Shown here piece after piece: positions 37,339 through 46,140 of a DNA stretch of 64,000 nucleotides (its first letter is position 1; every line of letters starts with the position of its first letter). Below the pieces are notes generated by a model, which ran no database searches, was not told the DNA's origin, and saw only the letters and a program-made list of their open reading frames with translations. Position numbers and translations under genes: made by a program. The DNA is from Candidatus Bathyarchaeota archaeon (GTDB taxonomy: Archaea; Thermoproteota; Bathyarchaeia; Bathyarchaeales; Bathycorpusculaceae). The DNA is taken from the NCBI GenBank assembly GCA_029879735.1, contig JAOUPS010000001.1, positions 18,831 through 82,830 on the forward strand, written 5' to 3'.

Positions 37339-38534
37339 CTCCCTTCGATTGCTGCTTCAACGCAGTCCTTCAGTCTCGCCACTATAGCTTCTTTGAATCT
37401 CCGATAATAAGCGCATTTAGGCGAGTCTGTCATACCCACTTTGTCCCTGTACGCAATCCAGCATGGCTCATCTATGCACGTGTCCACCACGACGTGTCCA
37501 CCAGCCCTGTCTATGACATCGACGATGCCGGTTCTCTCGGCCAAAATCCTAGTTGTAGCGGATGTACAAACCCAAAACGACACATCATCATGTATCTTTT
37601 TTCCACTCAAGAGTCTCGCAACTTCTCCAATCTGCTTCAGCGTGTAATGCGGGCATCCAAGCATGACGAAGTCTATTTTTCCACTTGTGGTCTGAAGCTC
37701 TTTGTAAGTCTGTTTAAGCTCTTGATCTGTCACAGTAATCTTGTCCCCTGGAGTGTCGCCCTGAAAGGCTTCTTCAACAGTTGAGGCCTCAACGGTGAAT
37801 CCAGGCATGTAGAACATGGATACGGCGCCAGAAGTATTTGACATCGCGCAGAAGTTTATCAGTTCCTCCGTATTCGGGCGTCTTGATATACCAGTAAACA
37901 CAGGGATTCCATAGTCTATCCGCTTGCCAACGTAGTACCCTAGAAGCGTATAATCAAATTCATCCTTTAGGGCTGCTTCCGCTTTGACTAGAACCGTGCC
38001 CTTCCGATTATCTTTAATGTGCAGTCCATATTCAGGGGTCTTGCCATTCACTCCTGCAGCTAGTGCACTCTGAGCCGCTTCACGATTGGTTCTGGCACCA
38101 ATAACAGAATTCACATAAGGTGTAGCGCTTGATTCAGAGAAGGCTACAGTTTCACCGTACAATGGAATATTCTCTGCCATGTATGGTGTGCAACTCCAGC
38201 TGAGTATAGCGCCTACTCGCTTGTAGGCTTCCATAACTCTCCGAGCCACTTCCCCCTCATCCTTCGGAACCTCAAACAGTCTATCGAAATACTCAATATC
38301 ATACACTGGGTTCGTGCTCGTGGGCACCTTACAACGGGCGCCCCCATTAGCCAAAAGCTCCACAAAGTACAAGTCTCCTTCCTGGCCACTTGAAGCCGCA
38401 TGCGCACGGCCTATGGGGATCATTTTTTCAGCGTCATATGCATCTCCAATTGCCACAAGCAACTCAATCGCCTTTCGTGTTCCCTCTCCAAATTCGCCAT
38501 TAAGTATTCGTTCTTCCTTTGTGGTTAAATACAT
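37329..38534 (-). CDS. aconitase X catalytic large subunit (DUF521)
   Basis: MYLTTKEERILNGEFGEGTRKAIELLVAIGDAY...IGRAHA N-terminus is typical of DUF521/AcnX. Confidence 0.8.
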   Translation of the reverse strand: MYLTTKEERILNGEFGEGTRKAIELLVAIGDAYDAEKMIPIGRAHAASSGQEGDLYFVELLANGGARCKVPTSTNPVYDIEYFDRLFEVPKDEGEVARRVMEAYKRVGAILSWSCTPYMAENIPLYGETVAFSESSATPYVNSVIGARTNREAAQSALAAGVNGKTPEYGLHIKDNRKGTVLVKAEAALKDEFDYTLLGYYVGKRIDYGIPVFTGISRRPNTEELINFCAMSNTSGAVSMFYMPGFTVEASTVEEAFQGDTPGDKITVTDQELKQTYKELQTTSGKIDFVMLGCPHYTLKQIGEVARLLSGKKIHDDVSFWVCTSATTRILAERTGIVDVIDRAGGHVVVDTCIDEPCWIAYRDKVGMTDSPKCAYYRRFKEAIVARLKDCVEAAIEGRWG

Positions 38535-38575
38535 CTCAAATCACCAACATTATGAAACATCAGCCCAAAGCAATG

Positions 38576-39514
38576 CTAACAAACGTTTTGCGGGCGTCCC
38601 TCCAAGAACTTCACAACATTATCGATGCAGATATCAGTGCACCTCTTTGCCGCCTCGACGGTATGGAACCCAACGTGAGGAGAAAGTATCGTATTCTCAA
38701 GTTTGAACAAGGGGTTATCTTTGGACGGAGGTTCTTCTTCGAAAACATCTAAGCCCGCAAAAGATATCTTGCCTGATTTCAATGCGTCGATTAAAGCCTT
38801 CTCGTTGATTACTCTGCCTTGGGATGTGTTGATTACAACAGCACCTTTTTTCATAGCTTTTATTTCTTTCTTCCCTATCAGTCTCTCCGTTTCGGATGTT
38901 AAAGCCACATGCAGAGTTATGAAGTCGCTTTCTTTCAACAGTGTATAAAGGTCGACGTACCTCATCCCGATCTCTTCAGCCTTCTTCACATTCGGATATT
39001 TGTCGTAAGCTAAGATTTGCATCTTAAAAACTTTGGCTATCTCAGCGACTCTGCAGCCAATCGATCCTGTGCCAATTATGCCAAGAGTTTTTCCGTGCAA
39101 TTCGACTCCTCCAAATGGTCTCCAATCAAAATCGCCTTTTCTAACACGCTTGTCAGCTAATGGCAATTTCCTAATACCCGCCAACAACAAGGCGAAAGTG
39201 TGCTCGGCAACGGCTTCCGTAGCGTAGCCCGGAACATGTGTAACCACGATTCCTTTTTCCTTTGCCGCACTGAGATCCGCGTAGTGACAAGTGGTAGCCC
39301 ATATTGAAATCATTTTGAGTTTCTTGACGGAATCAATCACGTCCTTAGTCAAATCACTCCAACCAACTATTACGATGTCAGCTGCCTTTATCCTTTCTTT
39401 CAATTCATCAGGCGTCTTAGGCGGATCATTAAAGACTTCTAGATCACCGATCGATCTTAACCTCTTAACGTGCTCTTTTTCCAGATAGACGTGATCGACG
39501 ACTACTATCTTCAT
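38576..39514 (-). CDS. D-isomer-specific 2-hydroxyacid dehydrogenase
   Basis: GKTLGIIGTGSIGCRVA, INTSQGRVINEKAL, AGLDVFEEEP and SPHVGF motifs. Confidence 0.85.
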   Translation of the reverse strand: MKIVVVDHVYLEKEHVKRLRSIGDLEVFNDPPKTPDELKERIKAADIVIVGWSDLTKDVIDSVKKLKMISIWATTCHYADLSAAKEKGIVVTHVPGYATEAVAEHTFALLLAGIRKLPLADKRVRKGDFDWRPFGGVELHGKTLGIIGTGSIGCRVAEIAKVFKMQILAYDKYPNVKKAEEIGMRYVDLYTLLKESDFITLHVALTSETERLIGKKEIKAMKKGAVVINTSQGRVINEKALIDALKSGKISFAGLDVFEEEPPSKDNPLFKLENTILSPHVGFHTVEAAKRCTDICIDNVVKFLEGRPQNVC

Positions 39515-39542
39515 TTTTCATCATTCTTGAGAATATAGGCGT

Positions 39543-39869
39543 TTACTTAAAATTTTTGTCAAAGAATTTTTTTTCAAGATTCTCAACATGGTCTTTTTCG
39601 TCTTCCCTGCGAAAAGCAAGTTCAATATCATTCAAAACATACGCATTAACCGCTCCGCCTATTCCAAGCATACCTTCACTAAGCTTTTCCAGTTTGGTAA
39701 AATCTATTCCCAATCTAACAGCATCTTTATCACAAATAGTTGTTCTCGAAGCCCCAGTATCAACCAAAAACTCAACTGTTTCATGTATACCTAACGGCTT
39801 AGAACCTAAAACAGCAACTACATAGGCTGCCTCAAGGGGACCAGGCTTAAAGAAGCATGGAATCCTCAA
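39543..39869 (-). CDS. retropepsin-like clan AA aspartic protease (AF_0612-like)
   Basis: FLVDTGASRTTI catalytic DTG motif and a GIGG flap-like motif, in 108 aa. Confidence 0.7.
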   Translation of the reverse strand: MRIPCFFKPGPLEAAYVVAVLGSKPLGIHETVEFLVDTGASRTTICDKDAVRLGIDFTKLEKLSEGMLGIGGAVNAYVLNDIELAFRREDEKDHVENLEKKFFDKNFK

Positions 39870-39885
39870 AAACTTCCCCTCTTAT

Positions 39886-40167
39886 CTAAAGAATTAGCTC
39901 TATCTCCTTAACTGTGACATAATCTACAGCGATCTCGTTGTAGACTTCAGAATACTTTCGTCTCAGTCTTTCAACAAGCCTAACCAATTCACGGTCATGA
40001 TCGATCACAGCTTTGCTTAAAACGGCAACCCACTCATCCTTGAACCTATTCTTCAACTCACCATAATGCTTGCTAATCCACCGCACGTTACCTTCATACC
40101 TAGAAAGCACAGCAACAACAGACTCCATTTTTTGAACCACCAAGCTCAAACATAACATACACAACAA
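39886..40167 (-). CDS. small DUF5678-like protein paired with the aspartic protease
   Basis: WISKHYGELKNRFKDEWVAVLSKAVIDHDRELVRLVERL pattern. The probable start is at MESVV (about nt 40128). It lies 17 nt upstream of the protease gene. Confidence 0.5.
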   Translation of the reverse strand: MLCMLCLSLVVQKMESVVAVLSRYEGNVRWISKHYGELKNRFKDEWVAVLSKAVIDHDRELVRLVERLRRKYSEVYNEIAVDYVTVKEIELIL

Positions 40168-40418
40168 ACCTTAAATCACTTTCGAAAAACTCGATTTCAG
40201 CAGAAAATTTCGAGCTCCCACCTGAAGGCTCCCACCTAAAACTAGCTAAAAAAGCTGAACTACTATTGAAACAAAAAACTGTTTTAATTACAATTAAACT
40301 ACCTATCGCGTGTGAAATAACAGATAGTTTGAAAAGCATGCTTCTTGTCCGTTTTCAACAGGGGTAGTTCGCATTTGTGGGAAAGATTTAATTATCCCAT
40401 TTTAGTTTTTATCCTATA

Positions 40419-40685
40419 GTGGTTGTAATGGGAGCTATCGTGAAGATTGATGAACGAGGAAGACTAGTCGTTCCATCCGAATTCAGAAACAAAGTGGAAA
40501 CCGACTACTTTGAGCTACACGAGGAGAATGGGCGGCTGGTGTTAACTCCTGTTCCAGACCCGTTAAAAACCTTGATTGGAAGGGTATCGAGAGTGAAACC
40601 TTTCAGGGATCTTGATGAAGCCGCTGAGGAAGAGGCTGAACGCACAGTAAGGGAGGAAAAGAAACACGCCAATTCTGGAGGCTGA
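40419..40685 (+). CDS. vapB: AbrB/SpoVT-family antitoxin (VapB-like)
   Basis: VKIDERGRLVVPSEFRNKV swapped-hairpin motif and an acidic C-terminal tail. Confidence 0.8.
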   Translation: MVVMGAIVKIDERGRLVVPSEFRNKVETDYFELHEENGRLVLTPVPDPLKTLIGRVSRVKPFRDLDEAAEEEAERTVREEKKHANSGG

Positions 40686-41109
40686 CCTTCTCTACGCTTC
40701 TCTAGATCCAAAAGATGATCATCATCAAGTCGCAAGGAAACTCCTAAGTCTAGCAAAGCGAAAACGGTTAGCAGACGTCAAGATTGACTCCCTTGCATTG
40801 CATGAGCTAGAGCTAAACTTGAAGACCGGTAACATCCTTATTGAGAAAAGAAAGGCCACCCTAGAAGACATAGCCAAATTCTTCACCGATTTAAGCCAGC
40901 TGCTATCTCTATACAAACTAAGCGTCTATCCACTAACGTGTCAACAAATAGCCAAAGCCGCCAACCTAAGGAAAAAGCACAACCTGACCTTCTACGATTC
41001 TCACCACGCAGCATCAGCAATGCTGTACGACTCAAAAATCATATCCACAGACAACACATACGACTCTGTCATAGGCCTAAAAAGATTAAACCCCTACTCT
41101 ATAAAGTAA
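40672..41109 (+). CDS. vapC: PIN-domain toxin (VapC-like), start codon unresolved
   Basis: PIN acidic residues lie in ADLLYASL, HELE, FYDSHHAASA and ISTDNTYD. The track ORF starts at TTG 40798. The frame and the homology run open back to 40651 with no ATG/GTG/TTG, overlapping the vapB stop. Confidence 0.6.
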   Translation: MLEADLLYASLDPKDDHHQVARKLLSLAKRKRLADVKIDSLALHELELNLKTGNILIEKRKATLEDIAKFFTDLSQLLSLYKLSVYPLTCQQIAKAANLRKKHNLTFYDSHHAASAMLYDSKIISTDNTYDSVIGLKRLNPYSIK

Positions 41110-41202
41110 GCCAAAAGATTTCCGGGAAAGACCCTCTAAAAACTGAAAAAGACTGTCAACGCATTTCTCCCTACGAATTTTTCTTCTCTGCAAAAAAAAG
41201 TG

Positions 41203-41211
41203 CTAGCGCGC
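41203..41211. repeat. CTAGCGCGC motif locus
   Basis: It forms the stop codon and last codons (HAR-stop) of the ParB-like gene. Confidence 0.85.
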
Positions 41212-41934
41212 ATGTTTTGCCATAGCTTCCAACTTTTTCAATGTTAGCAGCAACGTGTTATTGATGATTATGTCAGGTTTTGTACCCAGCTTTTCAGCTA
41301 TCTTCTCAACCTTTGTGTAGAACCGCTTTTCCAGAACAATGTTGACAAACTTTGTGTTCGCATAAATCTTTACGGTTAAGATTTTCTGCTGAGGATTTGA
41401 CAATGAAAGCTCGTCCTCGAAAGCTGCATAACGTGCAACTTTACTTTTGTGTGTTTGTTCTTTACGTTTGTCAAACTTTAGTGCTTTGGAAGGGCCTCCA
41501 AGACCAGGCCTTGCTTTAAGTTTGTCAGGCAGATACTTCATGACCCACCTGTAGCTCATCCCTGTCTCCTCAGCTACTTCGTAAGCTATCTTTCCAGGTT
41601 CCACTCCTTCGTTGAAGTATACCTCTCCGAGTCTTCCTAATATCTCACTTTTTTCTTCGGCTGATACATGCCGTCTGCACACGTTGCTTATCAGTCTGGC
41701 TATAAGCTTTTCTTTCACAGTTTCTATGTTTTCAAGCACTATCTTAGGCCAGTTCTCGTCTGCTTCAAAACGGTGAAGCCCATCTATTACATTTCCATGT
41801 TTGTCCAGAAGTATCGGGTAGAGTCTTCCAACACGCTTGCTGGAAGCCTTCAATTCTGAGATTGCGTCTTTTCGAATCATGTTTAGTTCGCCGTATTCAT
41901 TTTTTTGCAGATCAATGGAGATGCGACGTTCCAT
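41203..41934 (-). CDS. ParB/Srx-like N-terminal domain protein with HTH and conserved C-terminal domain (copy A, full length)
   Basis: LYPILLDKHGNVIDGLHRFEA (ParB-box DG.HR), and a MSYRWVMKYL HTH-like segment. The C-terminal 65 aa are repeated at 35372 and 21793. The stop codon is the TAG of CTAGCGCGC. Confidence 0.7.
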   Translation of the reverse strand: MERRISIDLQKNEYGELNMIRKDAISELKASSKRVGRLYPILLDKHGNVIDGLHRFEADENWPKIVLENIETVKEKLIARLISNVCRRHVSAEEKSEILGRLGEVYFNEGVEPGKIAYEVAEETGMSYRWVMKYLPDKLKARPGLGGPSKALKFDKRKEQTHKSKVARYAAFEDELSLSNPQQKILTVKIYANTKFVNIVLEKRFYTKVEKIAEKLGTKPDIIINNTLLLTLKKLEAMAKHAR

Positions 41935-42329
41935 TTATATAGATATGTGACGTTCTATTTACATAAGTATCCATCTATATCCTATACTTGTCATGTCAAG
42001 GAACAAGTCTATTTAACGTTTATTCTCATTTGAAACCCAAAAACATAAATGATTAATATAACGTGTCCAAAGTGTGAATCATCTGCAAACAAGACTAATC
42101 ACTAAATAATTAGTGGAACGCTTGCTTGTTTTCTATTATCTGCACGTAAGAAGAGGAAGCATCGAAGTACCCAAACTGTTGTTATACCTTAACATGACCA
42201 TAAAACTTCTATATGTAACAATGTTCTCGCACGAGTCTTTTGAGGTTGAGGCTGAAGCACGGACAGGCGAGAGAATATGCCACATATAGCGTAAACTAAA
42301 GCCGGTGCTTTGTTCTATATACCCTTATA

Positions 42330-42343
42330 TAGCGCGCGCGCTA
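42330..42343. repeat. TAGCGCGCGCGCTA perfect 14-bp palindrome
   Basis: Directly abuts the TATA-like cttatata (42324-42331), 20 nt upstream of the TIGR00266-family gene start. Confidence 0.9.
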
Positions 42344-42362
42344 ATAGAGTTGGGAATAAACT

Positions 42363-43058
42363 TTGGAGTATGAAATCAAGTACAAACCCTCGTATTCGAT
42401 GTTGGTTGTCAAGCTAGAGGCTAATGAGAAAGTAACTGCGGAAGCTGGCGCCATGACTTACATGGACCCAAACATTGACGTTAAAACAAGAATGCGTGAG
42501 AAGAGCATTCTCGGAACCATCGGCTTGAAACTGATGGGCGGCCAATCCTTCTTCGTGAACGATTACACAGCTCAACAAGACCCAAGCGAAGTTGCGTTCG
42601 TCTCAGCCCCAGTCGGAGACATCGAAACTCTAGCAGTTAAACCGAGTCAAGGCTACATAATACAGAGTTCATCGTACATCGCTTCGACGCAGGACGTGGA
42701 ACTAGACATTAAATGGCAAGGCTTCACAAAAGGACTCTTCGGACAGGGACTCTTCATGATAAAAGTCTTTGGCGACGGAACATTGTTTATAAACACTTTC
42801 GGAGCCATAGACAAACACACACTGAAACCAGGTCAAACGCTTATAGTTGACAACTTCCACCTAGTAGCCTTCAGCGATACTTGTGACTACAAAGTGAAAA
42901 AATTTGGAGGACTAAAATCAACACTGCTGGGCGGGGAAGGCCTAGTTACAGAGATCAGAGGTCCCGGTGACGTGTATATACAAACCAAGAACTTGAGAGA
43001 ATTCGTAGAATGGCTCTGGACCCTGCTAGGACCAAAGGTAAGATCAAGGGCAAGATAG
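42363..43058 (+). CDS. TIGR00266/AIM24 (DUF124) family protein
   Basis: EIKYKPSYSMLVVKLEANEKVTAEAGAMTYMD and GEGLVTEIRGPGDVYIQT are typical of the family. TTG start. Confidence 0.7.
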   Translation: MEYEIKYKPSYSMLVVKLEANEKVTAEAGAMTYMDPNIDVKTRMREKSILGTIGLKLMGGQSFFVNDYTAQQDPSEVAFVSAPVGDIETLAVKPSQGYIIQSSSYIASTQDVELDIKWQGFTKGLFGQGLFMIKVFGDGTLFINTFGAIDKHTLKPGQTLIVDNFHLVAFSDTCDYKVKKFGGLKSTLLGGEGLVTEIRGPGDVYIQTKNLREFVEWLWTLLGPKVRSRAR

Positions 43059-43145
43059 AAGCAAACAAAACTGACCGACAAAACCCTGTCTTTTTATCTC
43101 TTGTATTCTTTATTAGATTAATCCGTCTTGATCTTCATTTTAAGA

Positions 43146-44576
43146 CTAGGTAATGCTGCGGATGCTTTCTCTGATTTCTCCTATTCGGGTCAAGTTGTTG
43201 GCTAAAAGTTGCGTTCGGTACGTACTTTTTAATGTCCTGGCTAGTTGTTTTAGTATAAAGCTTGGTCGACGGACAAAATCATAAAAGGCTTGGTGAATCA
43301 TTCTTTTGATTTCGTTGAGTGGTACTGCGGTGGGACATATCTCAGAGACTGTGATGCCTGTCTCCCAATGTTCTTCTGTGTTTAGAAGCTCCTTCATCTT
43401 AAATTCATTCCATATGTCCGTTCCAGGGTAAATACCCAATACGTTAAACTGTGGAAAATCTATCGGAATTTTTTTTGCAAATTCGATTGTGTTCTGAATT
43501 TCTTCTTTCGTTTCATCTGGTGCCCCTACAATAAAAGATCCAACTATCACGTCTATTCCAGCTTTTCTGGCCGTTCTTACAGCATTTTCAGACTGCTTTG
43601 GTGTGGTTTGTTTGTTGTAGTAGTTCAGAATCCTTTGATTGGCGCTTTCGATGCCGAAGTAAAGGACCTTGCAGCCTGCCTTTGCAATTTCCCGCAGCAT
43701 TTCATAGGAACAGTTGTCAACTCTCCCTTCGCAAATCCATTCCATACTTATTTTTTCCTTTCTCATACTTCTGCAAAGCTTGATCACTCTCTTCTTGTTC
43801 AGCGTAAAACTGTCGTCAACAAAGATAAACTGTTTATATCCTTCACTAGCGAGAAAATGCAGTTCTTCCAGAGTGTTTTCGACGGATCTTGGCCTCCATC
43901 TGCTACGAGCAAACTGAGTGCAACTGCAAAAGCGACATCTGTAAACGCATCCACGTGAAGAGACAATGCTGGTGAACTTCTTTGGAGCGACATTTGCTCC
44001 AGCAATCACAGAATGATAATCTACGTCAATCAACTTGCGATCTGGGAAGGGGAGGCAATCCAGATCCTTTATCAAGGGGCGAGCGGGAGTTGAAATAATG
44101 CTTTTTTTGTTTCTGAAAGTGATTCCTTGAACTTTTTTCAGCTTGCCTTTGTTCCGCAGGCAACCGACAAGGTCGATCACTGTGCCTTCTCCTTCCCCTC
44201 GAACTGTGATGTCAACGGAAAAGTATTTTCTGAGAATTCGTTCAGAATTGAATGTTGCGTAATGGTTGCCTAAAACGATGACGATGTTTGGGTTCCTCTC
44301 CTTTACATTACTACTAATCAATGCGGCTGTGCAACCTGAGGTTGAAAATGTTGAGAACCCAAGAATGTCGGGGTTTTCTTTCTCTATCCAATCAACCGTA
44401 TCGTCTACTGTGAATCCTCTTGCCGGCTGGTCTAGAACAGAAACTTCCACACCTCTTTCCTCGAGCACAGAAGCCAAATATAAAATGCCCAAGGGTGGAA
44501 ATGAAGCAATAGATCTTCTTGCTTCACGCTCGTCCAAGCCTTCATAGGGCCCCGCATTGATGAAAGAAAACTTCAA
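43146..44576 (-). CDS. B12-binding-domain radical SAM protein (class B)
   Basis: N-terminal cobalamin-binding-like domain, and the CxxxCxxC motif RGCVYRCRFCSC. Confidence 0.8.
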   Translation of the reverse strand: MKFSFINAGPYEGLDEREARRSIASFPPLGILYLASVLEERGVEVSVLDQPARGFTVDDTVDWIEKENPDILGFSTFSTSGCTAALISSNVKERNPNIVIVLGNHYATFNSERILRKYFSVDITVRGEGEGTVIDLVGCLRNKGKLKKVQGITFRNKKSIISTPARPLIKDLDCLPFPDRKLIDVDYHSVIAGANVAPKKFTSIVSSRGCVYRCRFCSCTQFARSRWRPRSVENTLEELHFLASEGYKQFIFVDDSFTLNKKRVIKLCRSMRKEKISMEWICEGRVDNCSYEMLREIAKAGCKVLYFGIESANQRILNYYNKQTTPKQSENAVRTARKAGIDVIVGSFIVGAPDETKEEIQNTIEFAKKIPIDFPQFNVLGIYPGTDIWNEFKMKELLNTEEHWETGITVSEICPTAVPLNEIKRMIHQAFYDFVRRPSFILKQLARTLKSTYRTQLLANNLTRIGEIRESIRSIT

Positions 44577-44812
44577 AGTTAAACCTCAATCATTCTTAGC
44601 TGTTAGTTTCAATTACATATAACAGAAGTTTAATAACCCTTACTCTGTTTCTGAGTCTCTGGGTTCTGAAAGGTTTAAACGCGCTAAAAAAACCTTGTCT
44701 TGAACGTGCGCGTTAGGTGGTCAAATATGTCCGATCCAAATCCATCCTCGTTTTCTAAATTATGAGCTTCCATCTTTCTATAAGGCCTTGAAATTGCTTT
44801 ATTTTCTAGAAA

Positions 44813-46029
44813 GCGCGCTAGCCTGTTTAGAAATTAGTTTCTGGGTCTTGTGGTTGGTGTCTTTTTGTTTTCTCTGCTCGTTTTTCTTGGTTGAAGAGAT
44901 ATTTCTATCTGAAAACTAGAGTTCTGAACCATCTATTGCCTTTTTCCCGGTTTCTCGTTGATGATTAACCCTGTCTTATGCTTGTTTGACGTCTCTTCTT
45001 TCGCCTCATTGGGTTGTGTAGTGTTTTATGCTTCGGATGAGGCTGGGTTGACGTTGTCTAACAGCTGTTAAAGCCACGATTAGCATGGCTGAGAAGCTTA
45101 AGCAAGCGTGTATGAAAGCTTGTTCCAGTCCTCTGACTCTCAAGTGGTTTAGGAGTAGCCATTCTTTGGCTCTACTGAACACTCTTTCTATGCATACTCG
45201 TTTTCTGAAGAGCCTCACCAAACGCTTGACTCCGTGGACAATGAAATCACGTCCAACCTTCAGGGCGTTCTTAATCCTTGAACTCTTCCTGTAATGTATC
45301 ACCGCTTCAGCACCACACTCTCTCACGGTCTTCCTAACATTTGCCGAGTTGTATTGAGCGTCAGCCAAAACAGTCTTGAAGCTTACGCCTTGAGCCTTTA
45401 GCTTCTCCAACAACGGTTTAATGAAACATTTATCGTTCCGGTTGCACGGCTCAACCATGAATGTCATTGGCAGTTCACAGCTTGTGCAACATGCTGTATG
45501 CACTTTATAGCCAAGCATGAAACCTCTCCCACCTCGTCCAACTCTGGCTTCACAGTCACTTATCCCAGATTTGTTGTCAAGGCTTCTCTGACTATAAGCT
45601 TTGATGGCTGTACTGTCCACCACCACCTCACCTTTAACTACATTACTGTTCACAAGCTGCTTCAACAAAACATTGAAGACTCTCTGATACCCTTCCTTTC
45701 CTAATCGATGTCTGAACTGAGTGAACAAACCATGACTAGGTGTCTTCCTTTTAAACCCACATGCCCTAGCCATCCGCTTATTCCTCTCCAACAACAACGC
45801 AAGCCGTCGATCACTTGGAACCCGCAGCAGATGCTTCAACAATTGAGCCCTCAACATGCAAACAGGAGGATAAGGCTTACGTCCGCGCCCAACCTTATGA
45901 TAAAGAGACATCAAGAAACCGCGAATAGAACCCAAATCCAGTGAACCAAGCACCTGTTTAATACTCCAAGCTTCTTCCTAACAATAAATGGCTAAACCAA
46001 CAAATTAATTTCTAAACAGCCTAGCGCGC
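44813..46029 (-). mobile_element. IS5-family insertion sequence, copy 2 (diverged from copy 1)
   Basis: It has the same terminal repeats as copy 1: cctgtttagaaatt at 44822-44835 and aatttctaaacagc at 46007-46020. The ends are flanked by gcgcgCTAG (44813-44821) and CTAGcgcgc (46021-46029). Confidence 0.85.
45006..45953 (-). CDS. IS5-family DDE transposase
   Basis: 315 aa, roughly four-fifths identical by eye to ORF 8916..9881, with the same DDE boxes. Confidence 0.9.
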   Translation of the reverse strand: MLGSLDLGSIRGFLMSLYHKVGRGRKPYPPVCMLRAQLLKHLLRVPSDRRLALLLERNKRMARACGFKRKTPSHGLFTQFRHRLGKEGYQRVFNVLLKQLVNSNVVKGEVVVDSTAIKAYSQRSLDNKSGISDCEARVGRGGRGFMLGYKVHTACCTSCELPMTFMVEPCNRNDKCFIKPLLEKLKAQGVSFKTVLADAQYNSANVRKTVRECGAEAVIHYRKSSRIKNALKVGRDFIVHGVKRLVRLFRKRVCIERVFSRAKEWLLLNHLRVRGLEQAFIHACLSFSAMLIVALTAVRQRQPSLIRSIKHYTTQ

Positions 46030-46140
46030 ACTTTGTGTTTCATTGTATTAGCGAACGCTGGATACAATAGTTTTAAAAAGTTCAGGGATATTCTGTGTTT
46101 TATTCTTGTCTTAGGGTAGGACAGCTATATCTTATATAGA

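Noticed and set aside
41935-42330. Short zinc-ribbon-like frame MINITCPKCESSANKTNH (about 42048-42104) as a gene
   Set aside because: It is only 18 codons before a stop. It may be a remnant of a zinc-ribbon transposase or regulator, but that cannot be supported from sequence alone.
8719-46029. The two direct-oriented IS copies as ends of a 37-kb composite transposon carrying the catabolic cluster
   Set aside because: The copies are substantially diverged, and each has its own CTAG flanks within the same palindromic context, which is uninformative. The interior is a mosaic containing further junctions. Nothing in the sequence specifically supports joint mobilisation.
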